Shown in pieces: positions 32,011 through 41,562 of a stretch of 64,000 nucleotides of DNA. This stretch comes from Clostridia bacterium (GTDB taxonomy: Bacteria; Bacillota; Clostridia; JAAYHZ01). The translations under genes and the position numbers were made by a program. The notes below the pieces were generated by a model that was not told the DNA's origin, ran no database searches, and saw nothing but the letters and a program-made list of their open reading frames with translations. The stretch spans positions 201,330 through 265,329 of the forward strand of contig JBMNIH010000009.1 of the NCBI GenBank assembly GCA_050950825.1, read 5' to 3'. The stretch's first letter is position 1. Every line of letters starts with the position of its first letter.

Positions 32011-34311
32011 ATGGTAAGGCAAGAAATGATCCTCGAAGACGGTTTTGAGGTGGCATTCGGGAGGCATTTGCAGCATGAAAAGGATGAAGGTATATGGCAA
32101 GCGATTCGTATTCCCCATGATTTGATTGCCGATGCTCCCGTATCGGAGAAAGATGAGGAAGGCGGAGACAACCAAGGGTATGTTTCTTGTTTTGTTGATG
32201 CCACTTACAGAGCTTGTTTTCGCCTTGAAGATACCGAGGGATGCTTCTATCTTTATGCCGACGGCATATATCGAGAAGCCGAGATATATGTTAACGGACA
32301 TTATGTCGGAGGGAGTCCTTACGGGTATATTCCCATGACATTGAAAATTACCGATCGGGTGCGTAAAGGCGATAACCTACTTGAAATCTATATCGACAAT
32401 CGAAGCCGCCGCTGCGACCGCTGGTATTCGGGAGCGGGCATTTACAGGCGTCTTTCATTAATCAAAACTCCTTTGATCCACTTCCCTCCCCACCGCCTTT
32501 TTATCGAGACGCTAAAAGCCGAACCGGATTCGGCACAAATTCGTATCAGTGGGTCCGTTCAAAACGGAACGGAAGATACCGTTGTTTTCGTTGAAATATT
32601 TAATAAAGAAGGCAAGAAAATCCGTGAATCATCGCAGGAACTTGACCGGGAAACGGGTTCATTCTCCCTTACCGTCGATTTAAAAAATCCCTGTCTTTGG
32701 TCACCGGAAAGCCCGTATTTGTATAAAGCCCAAACATCGATCCTTTCAAATGGCGTTTTTATCGACCGGTGTACAAACAATTTCGGTATACGCCGGATTT
32801 CGTTCGATTCGAAAAACGGCCTTAAGCTCAACGGAAAACCGATTAAGTTATACGGTGTCAATTTACACCACGACGGCGGCTGTGTCGGCAGTGCATTTTT
32901 CCCCGAGCTATGGAGAGAACGTTTAACGGATTTGAAAAAACTCGGCCTAAATGCAGTGCGTACAAGCCATAATCCCCAAGCTTCTCTGTTCTACGATTTG
33001 TGCGACGAGCTTGGTATCATGGTAATCAACGAGCTTTACGACAAATGGTATTCCGGATCCTACCATTCTCATTTTTGGAATCGATACAAAGAAGACGTAC
33101 GTGCCTTTGTCGAACGGGACCGAAATCATCCCTGCGTCATCCTATGGAGCGTAGGAAACGAATTGAGTAACCAAGGTTTGCCTGACTTTTACGATCCTTT
33201 GGATAAGCTTGTGACGGAGGTTAAAAAATACGACTCCGGTCGGCCGGTCAGTGTGGCTTTGCATCCCCATGCTTGGCCGGATGAAATAAAGAATAAAACG
33301 AGCGATGAAAAAGCGGCTGTAACGGCCGAAATCTTTAAGCATACGGATCTTCTTATGTGCAATTACCAAGAGCAATGGTACGAAAAATACCATATGCTCG
33401 CCCCCGATGCTTGTATCATAGGGTCCGAAACATATCATTGGTATACCGGTAATGGCGAATCCCATGAAGGCAAATACGAGGTTCATCCCTTCCGGTATGT
33501 AAAAAACCTTCCCTATGTCTTGGGCGGTTTTTATTGGGCGGGTTATGACTACAGAGGCGAATCCCTATGCCGTCCGGCAAGAGGCTGGACATCAAGTCTT
33601 TTTGATATCGCGGGATTCATGCGTCCCCAAGGGATGTTAGCAAAAGCCTATTGGAGCGATGACCCTTCGCTTTATGTTACGGCCATCGATCCGAATCCCT
33701 CCGAAAGGTATGAACGTCCTAGCTGGAGTTTTCCGCCTTGCGCCGACCACACCATGCTTGACTACAAGGACGGCGATACGGTTGAATTCTTAATTTTTAC
33801 GAATTGCGGGACAATCGATGTCTACCAAGGCGGAAGATTTCAATGTACATTTAAGCGTCGTATCGACGACGAATATTGGGTACGTTTCCATTTAAAATGG
33901 GATTCTGCTGCCGATATTACGGTGATCGGAAAAAATGAAGGAAAAGAGGTCTGCAGACATTCCATCGGAAGGCATGCCCTACCCGAGAAAATCCGCGTAA
34001 CCTTAAGCAAATCGAATCTTACCATGAGAGCGGACGATGTATGCGTTGCAAGGATTTTTCTTTTGGATGAGCGCGGAAGGCTTTGCGTCTCAACGGACCG
34101 CACGGTACACATCGAGCTTGAAGGATTGGAGCTTCTCGGCATCGATAACGGCGATCCTGCAAACCGCCGATCCTATACGGACCCAACCATCCGAACCTTC
34201 GGCGGACGATGCATGCTGATGGTCCGCGGTAAAAAGAAAGGTTGCGGAATTTTATCCATAGAAGCGGAAGGTGTTCCTTTCAAAGAGACGGCAACAATTT
34301 ATGTGGTATAA
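32011..34311 (+). CDS. Glycoside hydrolase family 2 (beta-galactosidase-like)
   Basis: RWYSGAGIYR, LWSPESPYLY, GVNLHHD, RTSHNP, RDRNHP..ILWSVGNE, IGSE, W.GYDY.GE, DNGD. No signal peptide. Confidence 0.93.
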   Translation: MVRQEMILEDGFEVAFGRHLQHEKDEGIWQAIRIPHDLIADAPVSEKDEEGGDNQGYVSCFVDATYRACFRLEDTEGCFYLYADGIYREAEIYVNGHYVGGSPYGYIPMTLKITDRVRKGDNLLEIYIDNRSRRCDRWYSGAGIYRRLSLIKTPLIHFPPHRLFIETLKAEPDSAQIRISGSVQNGTEDTVVFVEIFNKEGKKIRESSQELDRETGSFSLTVDLKNPCLWSPESPYLYKAQTSILSNGVFIDRCTNNFGIRRISFDSKNGLKLNGKPIKLYGVNLHHDGGCVGSAFFPELWRERLTDLKKLGLNAVRTSHNPQASLFYDLCDELGIMVINELYDKWYSGSYHSHFWNRYKEDVRAFVERDRNHPCVILWSVGNELSNQGLPDFYDPLDKLVTEVKKYDSGRPVSVALHPHAWPDEIKNKTSDEKAAVTAEIFKHTDLLMCNYQEQWYEKYHMLAPDACIIGSETYHWYTGNGESHEGKYEVHPFRYVKNLPYVLGGFYWAGYDYRGESLCRPARGWTSSLFDIAGFMRPQGMLAKAYWSDDPSLYVTAIDPNPSERYERPSWSFPPCADHTMLDYKDGDTVEFLIFTNCGTIDVYQGGRFQCTFKRRIDDEYWVRFHLKWDSAADITVIGKNEGKEVCRHSIGRHALPEKIRVTLSKSNLTMRADDVCVARIFLLDERGRLCVSTDRTVHIELEGLELLGIDNGDPANRRSYTDPTIRTFGGRCMLMVRGKKKGCGILSIEAEGVPFKETATIYVV

Positions 34312-34412
34312 CCGACAAGGCCGGAAAACAAAATATTGTATGTATTATTGAATGTTCCTTTGAAATATGAGAAAATCAGAAACGAACACGAATGTAAAAG
34401 GAGTGATTAACC

Positions 34413-35915
34413 ATGGGTAATGGCAACACGGAAATTAAAAAGGTTACGATTAACGGTTCCTTCGGTTCAAGAGTCATGGTAGCGATGCCGAGAAACAAAT
34501 ACGCAAACACGTATGTTCACCACGATATCGACTCGATTTCTTTCGTTGTGGAAGCGTCTCCCGGAGCAAAGATTTTCATCAACGAAAAACAAATCGAAGC
34601 ATCCGTTCCTTCTTTCGAAACTTCTTTAGAGTGCGGACGCAATTTATTTAAAATAAAGGCCGTTTCTCCGGACGGCGATTCCGAACATTCCATAGAATTA
34701 AAGGTATTTCGAGCCTTCCCTTCTCCGGTATGGAAAAAAGTCATCGATCATGCGCCTTGGGTTCCGCGAGATTCGGCCGGCGAACTGGTATACAAAAATA
34801 GAATATGGCTTTTCGGCGGTTATATTCCTCAAACGGTCAACGATGTTTGGAGCACATCCGACGGAATAGAATGGATACGACATAACGATGTTCCTTCCTC
34901 CGTAGGAATCGATATACCGGTTGCATTGAACTACAAGGACAAGATTTATCTGTTTGACATCGCCGGAATTCTTTACTCCACCACGGATGGTAATACTTGG
35001 GAGGTCGTTTCGGACCAAACTCCCTTTACGGGAAGACACCATATGGGCGGTGCCGTATTCCAAGGCAAAATGTGGGTTATGGGCGGCGTGAAAGACAAAA
35101 CCATATACAACGACGTATGGTCGTCTACGGACGGTGTGAACTGGACTTTGGAGTTGGAAGAAGCGCCGTGGTGCAAACGTCAGATCCATCATACTCCTTT
35201 GGTTTATGACGATAAAATGTGGTTGTTTGGCGGCGGTGTCATGGGATCCTCTTATTTCCCCTTCATAGCATACAATGACGTTTGGTGCACCTCTGACGGT
35301 ATTCATTGGGAACTGAAAACCGCGAACGCACCTTGGCCTGCAAGAATATGGGGATCTACCGTTGTGTACAAAAACAGAATGTGGATGATCGCAGGCTATC
35401 GATCCGAACCGGAAAGCCGTCATTTCGGAGACGCTTGGTACTCCGTCGACGGTGCCAACTGGACCGAGTTTAAGCAGCATGCAAGCGATTGGAAAAAAGC
35501 AAGCGGTACTGTACCGGTCACCGTAGAAACTCCCATGTGGGAAGATCGCCACGAGTCTTCCGTGACAGTCCTAAACGATACTTTGTATCTAATGGGCGGT
35601 ATGATCTGGCCTTTGAGAAACGATGTTTGGAAACTGAAAATCGACGCTCTTTGCTTTTTGACACAGCCGAGGTTTGAAAGCTATGTAGATTGCCTGTACG
35701 AGTATCATGCCTTTGCCGACTTTGCGGCAAGCGGACAAAAGGCGAAGTATCGCTTAATTAATCCTCCGGAATGGCTTTCCATCGATTCCGATACGGGACG
35801 TGTTTACGGCATACCGAAGGAACCTTTCCACTCCACGGTAACCATCGAAGCATACGATGATTTCGGTGAAACGGCAAGACAGGAATACTTCCTTGATATT
35901 GTTCCTTTAAATTGA
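34413..35915 (+). CDS. Kelch-type beta-propeller flanked by cadherin-like and putative Ig domains
   Basis: Repeats APW.PR...V...MW..GG...NDVW.S.DG..W. N-terminal L..G.N...I...SPDG. C-terminal P.WLSIDS.TG...G.P. Confidence 0.75.
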   Translation: MGNGNTEIKKVTINGSFGSRVMVAMPRNKYANTYVHHDIDSISFVVEASPGAKIFINEKQIEASVPSFETSLECGRNLFKIKAVSPDGDSEHSIELKVFRAFPSPVWKKVIDHAPWVPRDSAGELVYKNRIWLFGGYIPQTVNDVWSTSDGIEWIRHNDVPSSVGIDIPVALNYKDKIYLFDIAGILYSTTDGNTWEVVSDQTPFTGRHHMGGAVFQGKMWVMGGVKDKTIYNDVWSSTDGVNWTLELEEAPWCKRQIHHTPLVYDDKMWLFGGGVMGSSYFPFIAYNDVWCTSDGIHWELKTANAPWPARIWGSTVVYKNRMWMIAGYRSEPESRHFGDAWYSVDGANWTEFKQHASDWKKASGTVPVTVETPMWEDRHESSVTVLNDTLYLMGGMIWPLRNDVWKLKIDALCFLTQPRFESYVDCLYEYHAFADFAASGQKAKYRLINPPEWLSIDSDTGRVYGIPKEPFHSTVTIEAYDDFGETARQEYFLDIVPLN

Positions 35916-35930
35916 TGAAAAACAAAAAAG

Positions 35931-35966
35931 ACGCTTCTTTCTGATTTTTTAATCGGAAAGAAGCGT
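35931..35966. terminator. Hairpin between convergent genes
   Basis: ACGCTTCTTTCTGATT / AATCGGAAAGAAGCGT. Confidence 0.7.
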
Positions 35967-36055
35967 AGTATAGTGAAAGTAAAGTAGTAGTGATAAAGTA
36001 GTAGTGGTTAAATGAAAAATATTAAAAGCCGTAAAGCTTGTACTCGTTTGTTCTT

Positions 36056-36592
36056 TTATTCCGTTTCTCCGGATTCAATGTATTCGAAATACTCGCCGTC
36101 CTCGTTTACAACGTTAAAATTGTTCGTAACGCCTTTCATGGTCACAATGGTATAAGGATAAGTGATGACAGTGATAACCATATCGCCTTTATTTGGAGCC
36201 GTTTCTTTCACGATCACATTGGTTTTTCCTTCGTTGTCTTCAACGCTTACCACTTCAATACCGTACCCGCCGGTGTTCTTTTCCCCCATAAATACCAACA
36301 GCATATATCCGTCTTCATATTCGAAATAGGTATAGCCTCTTTTTTCTTTATTGTTTAGTATAAAATTGATCACCGACTCGGGCAGTTCGGATGCATCGGT
36401 AATCTTATTAAAATCAATTTTGTTCACGGTTATTCCTTTCGGTGGATTGTTTGTTTCATCGATTGTGGTCTCTTCTTCGCTCGTTTGGTCGTTCAATTCG
36501 TCATTTATTGACGAGGTTTCTTTTCCGCAGCCGACAAGAAGGGTCAGCATCAACATGAAAATAAGGATCGTTGCAATAATTTTCTTCAACAT
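36056..36592 (-). CDS. PrcB-family lipoprotein (protease complex subunit PrcB C-terminal domain)
   Basis: Lipobox LVGC; MGEKNTGGYGIEV...P.....TVITYPY.IV. Confidence 0.82.
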   Translation of the reverse strand: MLKKIIATILIFMLMLTLLVGCGKETSSINDELNDQTSEEETTIDETNNPPKGITVNKIDFNKITDASELPESVINFILNNKEKRGYTYFEYEDGYMLLVFMGEKNTGGYGIEVVSVEDNEGKTNVIVKETAPNKGDMVITVITYPYTIVTMKGVTNNFNVVNEDGEYFEYIESGETE

Positions 36593-36595
36593 AAT

Positions 36596-36664
36596 TCACC
36601 TCTTCGTCTGAATAATATCTTTTAGCCTTCATATCTTTTGACGAAGAGGTGATAAAAATGTTCC
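36596..36664 (-). promoter_or_regulatory. ECF-sigma-like promoter whose -10 region is the reverse complement of the prcB-like RBS
   Basis: Minus strand GGAAC-16-CGTC (36664-36640). Perfect 13-bp IR 36596-36608 / 36640-36652 includes the RBS GAGGTG. Confidence 0.65.
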
Positions 36665-36680
36665 GCAAAATTGAAAAAGT

Positions 36681-38699
36681 TTATTCTTCTTTATTGATTT
36701 GGCTCGGATGTTTCTTGAAAAAGTCCACCCTCGGCTCTAAGAATTTAAATACATGGTTTTCGGGATCGGGCATCAGTTCATACAATGTTTTGAAGATATT
36801 ATCCCAGCTCCATAAGGACTCGTCGATATTTAAGTATTCGCGAATCATTTCCGTTCCTTCCGGGGCAATAGGATGCATTAATACGGCCGCCGTTTTCACC
36901 ATGTGGAAGGTATCCACTAAGGTTTGTGCTCGAAGCTCCGCATCGTTCTCGGTTTCGGCAATACGAATGTATTTGGACCAATATTTATTTATATTCCGAA
37001 TGTAAACATCCAATAGATTCATCACTTGGTGGAATTCAAACCGGGACATAAGCTGCTCGTATTCCAATACGGTCTTATTCGCTTCCGATAAAACTTCCTC
37101 GCTAATTCTCCGAAGCGGAATTTTACCGTCAAAGTATTTTTGTACGGTATAGAAGCAGGAACGAACGGCGCGATTAAATACATTGGATAATAAATTTCCT
37201 TCCTTTAGCACGGGATCGGCATCTCGTTCCGTAGCGTTAGGATTAAACGGCTTCGGCTGGAAGCCCACGCTTCGAATTCCTAAACCCAACCCTAAAAAAT
37301 GTGCCCTTAATTGCTCCGCCGTATAGTGATTCAGCAACTCTTCGGCGGAAGGAGGCTTTATTTTTCCGCTGCTGCTCGCTTTTTTATTCAAAAACAACAA
37401 ATGATTGTTGACAATAAGCAAAGGCAGCTGCATCTGTCCGTCTTCAGGATAAGCCGTAGGATTTTCTCCCTGCTGTCCCATAAACATGGCCATTTCTACG
37501 GGACCGTAGAAATAGACGTTGTCTTCCCCGATAAATTGGAACACTTTTGCTTCTTTCGAACACCAATACGTTTTCCAATCTTCCGGATCTCGACCGATCT
37601 TCTCCAAATAGGTTTTGGTAAAGGATAAAGGTGCCCACAAAGATTCCGGCCATACCCATATCGTCAAGCCTTCCAAACCTTCCAAATTCGGTGCCGGTAC
37701 ACCCCAGTCGATATTTCCCGTCAAGCGGAACGGCACCAAGGTTTTACCGGTTCTAAAGCGTATGGTATGCTCCGCAAGAATGGTACAAGCTTTTTCTCTC
37801 AACTCGAGAGAATCGAAAATCATTAATGCGGAGGACTTGTTCTCTTCGTTTTGAAACTCGTAAGGAGGCAGCTTGTCCTTTATGGCTTCCAAAGCTTCCA
37901 ATTGGTCTTTTTTAATGTAAATTACAGGGGGTTCTAAAAACTCTTCGATACTGGTAATAACGAAATTACGGTATCCGGGGATCTCCTTTAATTGCTCTAC
38001 CCACTGCTTCAATAAATCGTGGAACTCATTCAAATTAAAATACCAATTGGTCACATCCACCATCGCCGGTCTCTTGCCTGATAAAGTACTTTTCGGATTG
38101 ATCAAATCCTGAGGCATGTATTGATGCCCTAATGAACATTCGTCGGCATAACCTTTATCCGATTGGCATCCGTCAATGGGGCATTGTCCTACAACCTGCC
38201 GACCGTTGAGCAAAACGTTGTATTCCGTATCATAAAACTGGGAGGTTGTCATCTTTCTAAGATGCTTGTTTTTATACAGATTCTCAATAAACCATTTGGA
38301 CATTTCCCGATGAATCTCTTTTGAGCGACCCAAACCGGAAGCGGCATAGAGGTTCAAACTGATATTGTATTCTCCAAGCACCCTTTTTTGATCTTCATGA
38401 TAATATTGCACGAATTCTTCAATGGTTCCTTCGAATTCGCCTTTTTCAACCAACTGTCGGTAATTTTCCGAAATGGGCGATCCGTAGCAATCCGTACCCG
38501 ATATGAAAATGACGTTATCCTTCCCTATCCGGTCTCGTAAAAAACGAGCAAATGCGTCGGCATGAACGAAAACGCCTCCGACGTGCCCCAAATGAAGGCC
38601 TTTATTCCCATAAGGCATACCGGCCGTTACGACCGCTCTTTTCGGAAACACGGGTCTTGATAATTCGATATTTTCGTTTTTCAAATCCATGTTACTCAT
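36681..38699 (-). CDS. metG: Methionine--tRNA ligase (divergent form)
   Basis: TAGMPYGN..LHLGH, AD.FARF.R, SGTD.YG, WGVP, WVWP, FIGEDN, KASSS at the KMSKS position, helical anticodon domain ending MHPIAP. Confidence 0.82.
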   Translation of the reverse strand: MSNMDLKNENIELSRPVFPKRAVVTAGMPYGNKGLHLGHVGGVFVHADAFARFLRDRIGKDNVIFISGTDCYGSPISENYRQLVEKGEFEGTIEEFVQYYHEDQKRVLGEYNISLNLYAASGLGRSKEIHREMSKWFIENLYKNKHLRKMTTSQFYDTEYNVLLNGRQVVGQCPIDGCQSDKGYADECSLGHQYMPQDLINPKSTLSGKRPAMVDVTNWYFNLNEFHDLLKQWVEQLKEIPGYRNFVITSIEEFLEPPVIYIKKDQLEALEAIKDKLPPYEFQNEENKSSALMIFDSLELREKACTILAEHTIRFRTGKTLVPFRLTGNIDWGVPAPNLEGLEGLTIWVWPESLWAPLSFTKTYLEKIGRDPEDWKTYWCSKEAKVFQFIGEDNVYFYGPVEMAMFMGQQGENPTAYPEDGQMQLPLLIVNNHLLFLNKKASSSGKIKPPSAEELLNHYTAEQLRAHFLGLGLGIRSVGFQPKPFNPNATERDADPVLKEGNLLSNVFNRAVRSCFYTVQKYFDGKIPLRRISEEVLSEANKTVLEYEQLMSRFEFHQVMNLLDVYIRNINKYWSKYIRIAETENDAELRAQTLVDTFHMVKTAAVLMHPIAPEGTEMIREYLNIDESLWSWDNIFKTLYELMPDPENHVFKFLEPRVDFFKKHPSQINKEE

Positions 38700-38794
38700 A
38701 ACTTATCTATCCTCGTTTATTAAACTGCTTACCTATATATGGTACTTATTTTACCACTTTCGACGCAATTTTTAAACCGTTTCGTCTAATCTTG

Positions 38795-39562
38795 TTAGGA
38801 TTTTAACCAATATTCACGACAATCTCTTGTTCTCTCCATAAAACCATAGTCGATTAAGTATCTTCTTATGGTAACATAATCGTCGTATATGTCTTTCAAT
38901 ACCGCATTGACTTCCTTTTCGGTATATATTTTACCCGGTTCGAATTGCTCGGCAATCTTCTGTAAGATCACGAATTTTCTTTTTGCTTTGGCGGAAAAGT
39001 TTTTCAGTCTCAACGGGTCAAGGGAATAAAATACGAGAGCAAGGATTTTGTCTCTTTCCTCTTCCGTTATCAAATACATATCCTTCGGAATCGTGGCACC
39101 GGAAGGCACTTCGATTAACTTGTCTTGCTTGTTGTTTTTATTCTTCTCGTATTGCTCCGTAACCGTCTCGTAAATGGCTAAATATAGTTTTGCTTGTTTC
39201 GCCTTTTCTTTGAAGATAAATCTTTTATGACGGACGGTAACCGGTTCTACCCCCGTTTTCTTCGCCATTTCTTTGTCCGACAAACCTTCAACCATCATTT
39301 GAAGTATTTCCTTTTGGCTCTCCGTTAAACCGGTATATTTTTTATCTATCGAAGTCAATACATTCAACATACCGCCGTGCTCTTTACGTATGTGAATATC
39401 CATCATTTCATCCGCATCGTAAACGCTTCCGTCCGTATCGTATTGTTCGCTGTCATCGTATTTTTTACCGCATACATGGCACACATAACACCGGTTTTCA
39501 ACATCGTAGCCGTATCCTTTTTTCAGCTCCTCCATAGGTAAAGTCAAAAGTTTTTGAATCAT
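38795..39562 (-). CDS. DUF2087-domain protein with Zn-finger-like and LuxR-type HTH regions
   Basis: CHVCG...H...EH, GLSDKEMA, YTEKEVN..L..IYDDYVTIRRYLIDYGFMER...EYW. Start at ATG 39562 after GGAG. Confidence 0.82.
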   Translation of the reverse strand: MIQKLLTLPMEELKKGYGYDVENRCYVCHVCGKKYDDSEQYDTDGSVYDADEMMDIHIRKEHGGMLNVLTSIDKKYTGLTESQKEILQMMVEGLSDKEMAKKTGVEPVTVRHKRFIFKEKAKQAKLYLAIYETVTEQYEKNKNNKQDKLIEVPSGATIPKDMYLITEEERDKILALVFYSLDPLRLKNFSAKAKRKFVILQKIAEQFEPGKIYTEKEVNAVLKDIYDDYVTIRRYLIDYGFMERTRDCREYWLKS

Positions 39563-39583
39563 TTTTTGTATTCTCCGTTTTGC

Positions 39584-39633
39584 GTTTATGAATTTCATAA
39601 ACACATCATATATCATTACAAAACAAATGTCAA
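39584..39633 (-). promoter_or_regulatory. Sigma-A promoter plus 19-bp palindromic operator
   Basis: TTGACA-17-TATGAT (39633-39605). GTTTATGAA-T-TTCATAAAC (39584-39602) covers the expected +1. Confidence 0.7.
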
Positions 39634-39669
39634 ACGGAAATCCGAATTTCGATATAAAATAAAATAAAA

Positions 39670-39711
39670 AAACGGAAAAACCTCGAAATCATCGAGGTTT
39701 ATTTTCCGTTT
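39670..39711 (-). terminator. Terminator after tRNA-Leu
   Basis: AACGGAAAAACCTCGA ... TCGAGGTTTATTTTCCGTT, with a T-tract on the minus strand. Confidence 0.7.
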
Positions 39712-39719
39712 CTGCTTGT

Positions 39720-39806
39720 TGGTGCCGCTGGCCGGAGTCGAACCGGCACGGTGTTGCCACCGGTGGATTTTGAGTCCACTACGTCTGCCAATTCCATCAC
39801 AGCGGC
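39720..39806 (-). tRNA. tRNA-Leu(CAA)
   Basis: GCCGCTG acceptor stem, anticodon arm GTGGA-CT-CAA-AA-TCCAC, long variable arm, GGTTCGACTCC, encoded CCA. Confidence 0.97.
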
Positions 39807-39829
39807 GTCTTTTGCCTTACGCAAGTGTT

Positions 39830-39859
39830 ATTATACAACACATCGATTTTATATGTCAA
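39830..39859 (-). promoter_or_regulatory. Sigma-A promoter of tRNA-Leu
   Basis: TTGACA-18-TATAAT on the minus strand. Confidence 0.75.
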
Positions 39860-39929
39860 CACTTAAAAAGTGTTTTTCTTTGGAATTTTGATCGTTTTTC
39901 TCGTATTTTTATTTCCATAATCCGGCATT

Positions 39930-41474
39930 TCACTTTTTTATATCTTCAATATATTCCATCAGGGCTTCCAACAACATTTTTTGTTTTTCCCCATCCAAGG
40001 TTTCTTGGATCAACAAATCATATGGCATCTCTTCGAATAAAGCGGTATTCATAAGCAACAATTTATTAATTAGATCTCCTCTTTGTTGCAAAGCTTCATT
40101 TATTATAGGATCGTTACTGAGTTTTTCGACGGCACCCGACATGAAAAAATTACTCACTCCGGGTAGGATATTCTTCGGGTATCGATGAAGATCCTCTACG
40201 TATTGCTCGACACCTTCCGGCTCATGGTCCATGGGGATTCTGTACCTTTCATTTATTAAAGAAGGCCACCAATTCTTCGTATAACGATATTGTGTATTCG
40301 ATATCATCTCGATTCTGCCGTCATTTCGCTTGTAATGGGTGTTTTCCAAGCCGTACTGTATCATTCGATTTAATTGTTCATCCTCGTAAAGAAGCCTGAG
40401 CATCATGATGGAGCGTTCCGTATTTTCATTATCCATAATCATTGCCATGGGAACGAGGTTTTTTTGTGGATACGGTTCATAATCGCCGACAAACAAAACT
40501 TTGTATTTTTGATTAAAATGCTCGGGCCAATACAAGCTGTTTTTCAAGCTATTGTAAGAAGTTAAACCCATTCCAATATCACTATTTTGTATTTGTGACA
40601 TTACCCCTGCTTGTGCATGTACTACCGCATTTTTCTTAAACAAATCTTTTACGGTATAAAACCAATCGCTTAACACGTTCGTATCTTCAAGAGGCATGAT
40701 TTTTCCGTCTTTGATTACAAGCATAAGCGCTGCCGGAATATATCCGTTTTCTTGACAGAATAGCTGCAGAAATGTATGAAACTCCAATACAAAATAAAGC
40801 TTTCGAGAAGGGTCTAAAAACATTCTTCCTCTGCTATCCGTATTCTCCAAGCCGTACTCATATAGCCTTACGATGTCTTCAACGGAATTTACTTTCGGAC
40901 TTCCGGCGGATTCGTAGAATTCTCGGTTGATGATAAGGCATATTCTATCGTTATAAGCATTCGTTACGATCTTCGGCATAACATAGATTCGATCGTTTAT
41001 GAAAATGTCTGCAAAATCCACATTTTCTTCATAGATCTCAGGATAGTATCGTATCAGCTTATCGGTTAAATCGACAACGGGAAAGTCTTGAAGGATCTGC
41101 GGCAGTTCCTCTGTTTTCGGTATGAAATCGATGATATCCGTACTTATTCCGGAAAATAACCTTTCATATATTTCTTGAATTTGATTATGGTAAATAACAT
41201 GTTCAAATTCGATTTCCGTATTGATTACAGATAAAAGTATTTCGTTCATTTCTTTTACGGTATCCGTATGGGCTTGAAAGTTTTGAGGGACGGCATTCAA
41301 AGCGGGAACAATGACGTGTAATTTTTTATACTCGAGCCGACCCGGATTGAAATCATCAAAATTCGGCTTGTATGTATTCGTGGCTTCGCCTTTTTTACCC
41401 GTTCCTATTACACTGCAGCCGCTTAAGATGATCGTGAAAGAGATAAAAAAGGACATGAAAATTTTATATTTCAT
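39930..41474 (-). CDS. Divergent SBP-like lipoprotein
   Basis: Lipobox LSGC, DLTD.L..YYP, INDRIY.MP, ENTERS...L.LL, QYGLENTHY. Confidence 0.65.
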   Translation of the reverse strand: MKYKIFMSFFISFTIILSGCSVIGTGKKGEATNTYKPNFDDFNPGRLEYKKLHVIVPALNAVPQNFQAHTDTVKEMNEILLSVINTEIEFEHVIYHNQIQEIYERLFSGISTDIIDFIPKTEELPQILQDFPVVDLTDKLIRYYPEIYEENVDFADIFINDRIYVMPKIVTNAYNDRICLIINREFYESAGSPKVNSVEDIVRLYEYGLENTDSRGRMFLDPSRKLYFVLEFHTFLQLFCQENGYIPAALMLVIKDGKIMPLEDTNVLSDWFYTVKDLFKKNAVVHAQAGVMSQIQNSDIGMGLTSYNSLKNSLYWPEHFNQKYKVLFVGDYEPYPQKNLVPMAMIMDNENTERSIMMLRLLYEDEQLNRMIQYGLENTHYKRNDGRIEMISNTQYRYTKNWWPSLINERYRIPMDHEPEGVEQYVEDLHRYPKNILPGVSNFFMSGAVEKLSNDPIINEALQQRGDLINKLLLMNTALFEEMPYDLLIQETLDGEKQKMLLEALMEYIEDIKK

Positions 41475-41562
41475 ACCGGAGACCTTTCGTGAAATGTATA
41501 ATCGCTCTACAATTCCATATTACACCATAAATACCATGCAGTCAACGGGTATATGCGGCTTG

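Noticed and set aside
34698-35552. 284-aa antisense ORF, and similar ones such as 46810-47433 and 9513-9896
   Set aside because: They lie opposite well-supported genes and have no recognisable motifs; treated as shadow ORFs.
35980-36006. Tandem TAAAGTAGTAGTG x2 as a possible CRISPR or iteron
   Set aside because: Only two 13-bp units with no spacers and no cas genes. Likely a slippage duplication.
23600-39806. Tyrosine recombinase plus tRNA-Leu as an integrative element
   Set aside because: The recombinase looks like a housekeeping Xer type and lies 15 kb from the tRNA. I saw no duplicated tRNA 3' end and no phage or conjugation genes.
39716-40054. 112-aa ORF on the plus strand
   Set aside because: It is the antisense reading of tRNA-Leu and its promoter.
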